Origin: Eledone cirrhosa
Taxonomy: Eukaryota
Assembly: GCA_964016885.1 (NCBI GenBank)
Contig: OZ024743.1
Coordinates: 108,748,001 to 108,812,000, forward strand
Reading direction: 5' to 3'
Length of the DNA: 64,000 nucleotides
Shown: positions 61,860 through 64,000 of the stretch, one piece after another
How the letters are laid out: the number at the start of each line of letters is the position of its first letter
Numbering within the stretch: the stretch's first letter is position 1
Position numbers and translations under genes: made by a program
The notes under the pieces: generated by a model
The model's input: the letters and a program-made list of their open reading frames with translations, nothing else
Told to the model about the DNA's origin: nothing
The model's database searches: none

Positions 61860-62272
61860 GTGAGTATTTCTTTAGAACTGCTGGAGTAGCAACCTAACAG
61901 ATAACTCAGACACTGAAGTTGATTATCGCTAAATACTGATATTGGTTAGATTATCAATATTAGTTTTATTGGGCACCCACTGATGAATTATAAGAGCCCA
62001 CTTGAATATTATCTGTTGATCCTATACAAGCTCCTACATAAATTGGTATAATTTCACCCAAATTGTAGTAATCTTATAATGAAACATGACGTCCGTCTGG
62101 GAAGAGATATATTCGATATGTCTCATATGAAATAATACAGCCAATTTTCCACACAATACATTTAGTTAGCACACCGAACGTTTAATTCGGAATATACTCA
62201 CTTATTTCCTAATGTTTTGTTGAGTGAGTTGGAATTTGGCCGTAGTATCGCTAAAAGCTTTCTCCGATAATT
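61860..62272 (+). mobile_element. pLTR-like non-coding element carrying an HHR
   Basis: Homologous to the 57368-57924 foldback; ends at a TA-rich tract. Confidence 0.85.
61976..62101 (+). ncRNA. Type I hammerhead ribozyme with expanded stem II
   Basis: CCCA-CTGATGA-ATTATAAGA-[76 nt]-TCTTATAAT-GAAA-CATGACGTCCG-TC-TGGG. Confidence 0.78.
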
Positions 62273-62285
62273 TATTTTTTTATAT

Positions 62286-62317
<32 letters not shown>

Positions 62318-64000
62318 GCGGCGATGTATGTGAAAGTACAGAGGACCTCCTCAGCAGAATCAGTGAGTACAACAAAAACAGGAGCCTATCCAACCGCATA
62401 ATAGACAGCATGGATGTGGTGTCACTGTACCCATCCATTAACATTGATTTTGTGGTGAAAAGATGTGTGGAGATGATCAGTGAGAGTGAGGTGGAGTTCT
62501 GCGACATCGACACAGACGAACTGGGCCTCCTACTTAGACTTACCTACGACACTGACTACATAGACAGCCATGACCTTAGATGTTTCTGCCCTAGTAGACC
62601 CCCCACCATAACCTCAATGGCTAAAAAGACTCCCATAGGGAGGTGGATTGGGTGGACCAAAGCTATACGGACACCCCAAAACACTGATCAGGTAAGACAA
62701 ATGGTCGCACATACAATAGGGGCTAGTATCAAAACTACCCTAAAGGGCCACATATTTAAGTTCAATGAGAAAATCTACACCCAAAATGAGGGAGCAGCCA
62801 TCGGCGTCAGCATAGCTGGTGATGTTGCCAACCTTTTCATGGTATGGTGGGAAAGGAGACTTAAAGATCTCCTTAATGAAAGCTCCATAGACCTCATCAT
62901 GTACTCTCGTTATGTAGACGATATCAATATAGTTATAAGAACACCCCCACTAGAGAGCACTAACAAGTTTGATTTAGAACGTAGCACGATGGAAAGCATC
63001 CAGCAGATAGCTAATTCCATACACCAGAGTATAACTGTAACTATCGACTTCCCTTCCAAACACCCTAATAATAGACTACCTGTATTAGACACAGAACTCT
63101 GGATTAACACTATAGACGAGAGAGACCAAATTCTCCACTCACACTATGCTAAACCCATGGCCTCCAAATACCTGATACTCAAAAACTCAGCAATGTCCAG
63201 TAGTGCTAAGTTTAATATTCTGATCGCAGATTTGGTACGAGTGATGAAGAATGTGTCCATCATGTGCGACCCAACAGAAATGGAAAGACACATCCAACAC
63301 TTCATCAACCGCATGCAGTTCTCTGGCTACAACCAAAGAGACAGAGTCAGAGTATACGAAGGAGCCATGGAAAAGTATAAGACCCTCATAGAACTGGACG
63401 TGAAAGGAATTTGCCCACTATACAGGAGCAAATCATGGAATAGCTTAGATAGGGCTAGACATAAGATAGGGAAGGCCACATCATGGTACGACAACCAGAG
63501 ATATCAGAGTGTCATGTTTGTAGACGCCACCCCTGGAGGGAAATTAGCTAACCAGTGTAGAAAGGCACTGAGAAAGACCCACTTAAAAATAAAGGTGGTA
63601 GAAAAGCCAGGAACACTATAAAATCCCTGATCAGCAAAACCTACCCTTTTAAGAAAACCCACTGTACCAATAGGAAATGTATCATATGTAAGGTGAACCC
63701 CCGGATAAACTGTAAAACTAGAAACGTAGTCTATAGCATAAGATGTACAGAGCGTACTTGCAGAAACATGACAACAACATTCATAGGTGAGACAGCTCGT
63801 AGCATAGGTGAAAGGATAGACCAACACTGGGGGGAACTAAAAGGACGAAAAAACGGGTCAGTACTATACGAACATGCTAGACAACAAGATGACGGTAACA
63901 TAGACAACATAGAAATTAGAATAATATCTAAACATAGGAATGACCCAGCAGATAGGCAAATCAGAGAGGCCAGTGAAATAGAAATTAGAAGACCAAAGCT
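62318..64000 (+). mobile_element. Penelope-like element, 5'-truncated: RT followed by frameshifted GIY-YIG, runs off the window
   Basis: SMDVVSLYPSI, QNEGAAIG, RYVDD, LPVLD; after a frameshift near 63620: CTNRKCIIC..CKTRNVVYSIRC..FIGETARSIGERI..H. Confidence 0.95.

Noticed and set aside
62224-62317. N-terminus of the 465-aa ORF as a true start
   Set aside because: Read-through from the upstream repeat and TA tract; the PLE is 5'-truncated at about 62318

Overview
AT-rich eukaryotic, repeat-saturated window with no host gene I can support. The long (TA)n tracts, a tRNA-type SINE family and the mix of Penelope, RTE, R4/Dong and Tx1 elements suggest a cephalopod such as Octopus (inference). Almost all listed ORFs are microsatellite translations. 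The genuine coding remnants are all transposon-derived: several RTE LINE pieces, a mariner, two tandem R4/Dong elements, a degraded full-length Tx1/L1 with a truncated sister copy, a hAT, and four Penelope-like (PLE) fragments, including a nearly intact RT+GIY-YIG running off the right end. The most striking signal is non-coding. At least seven distinct sequence families carry type I hammerhead ribozyme (HHR) motifs (CUGANGA...GAAA...UH with pairable stems). They sit in short elements that usually abut (TA)n tracts and are often folded back into long inverted repeats. They include a ~535-bp tandem retrozyme-like unit with a circularly permuted inverted copy, and an HHR with a greatly expanded stem II showing a compensatory change. 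All structures were read by eye; none has been folded computationally or tested.
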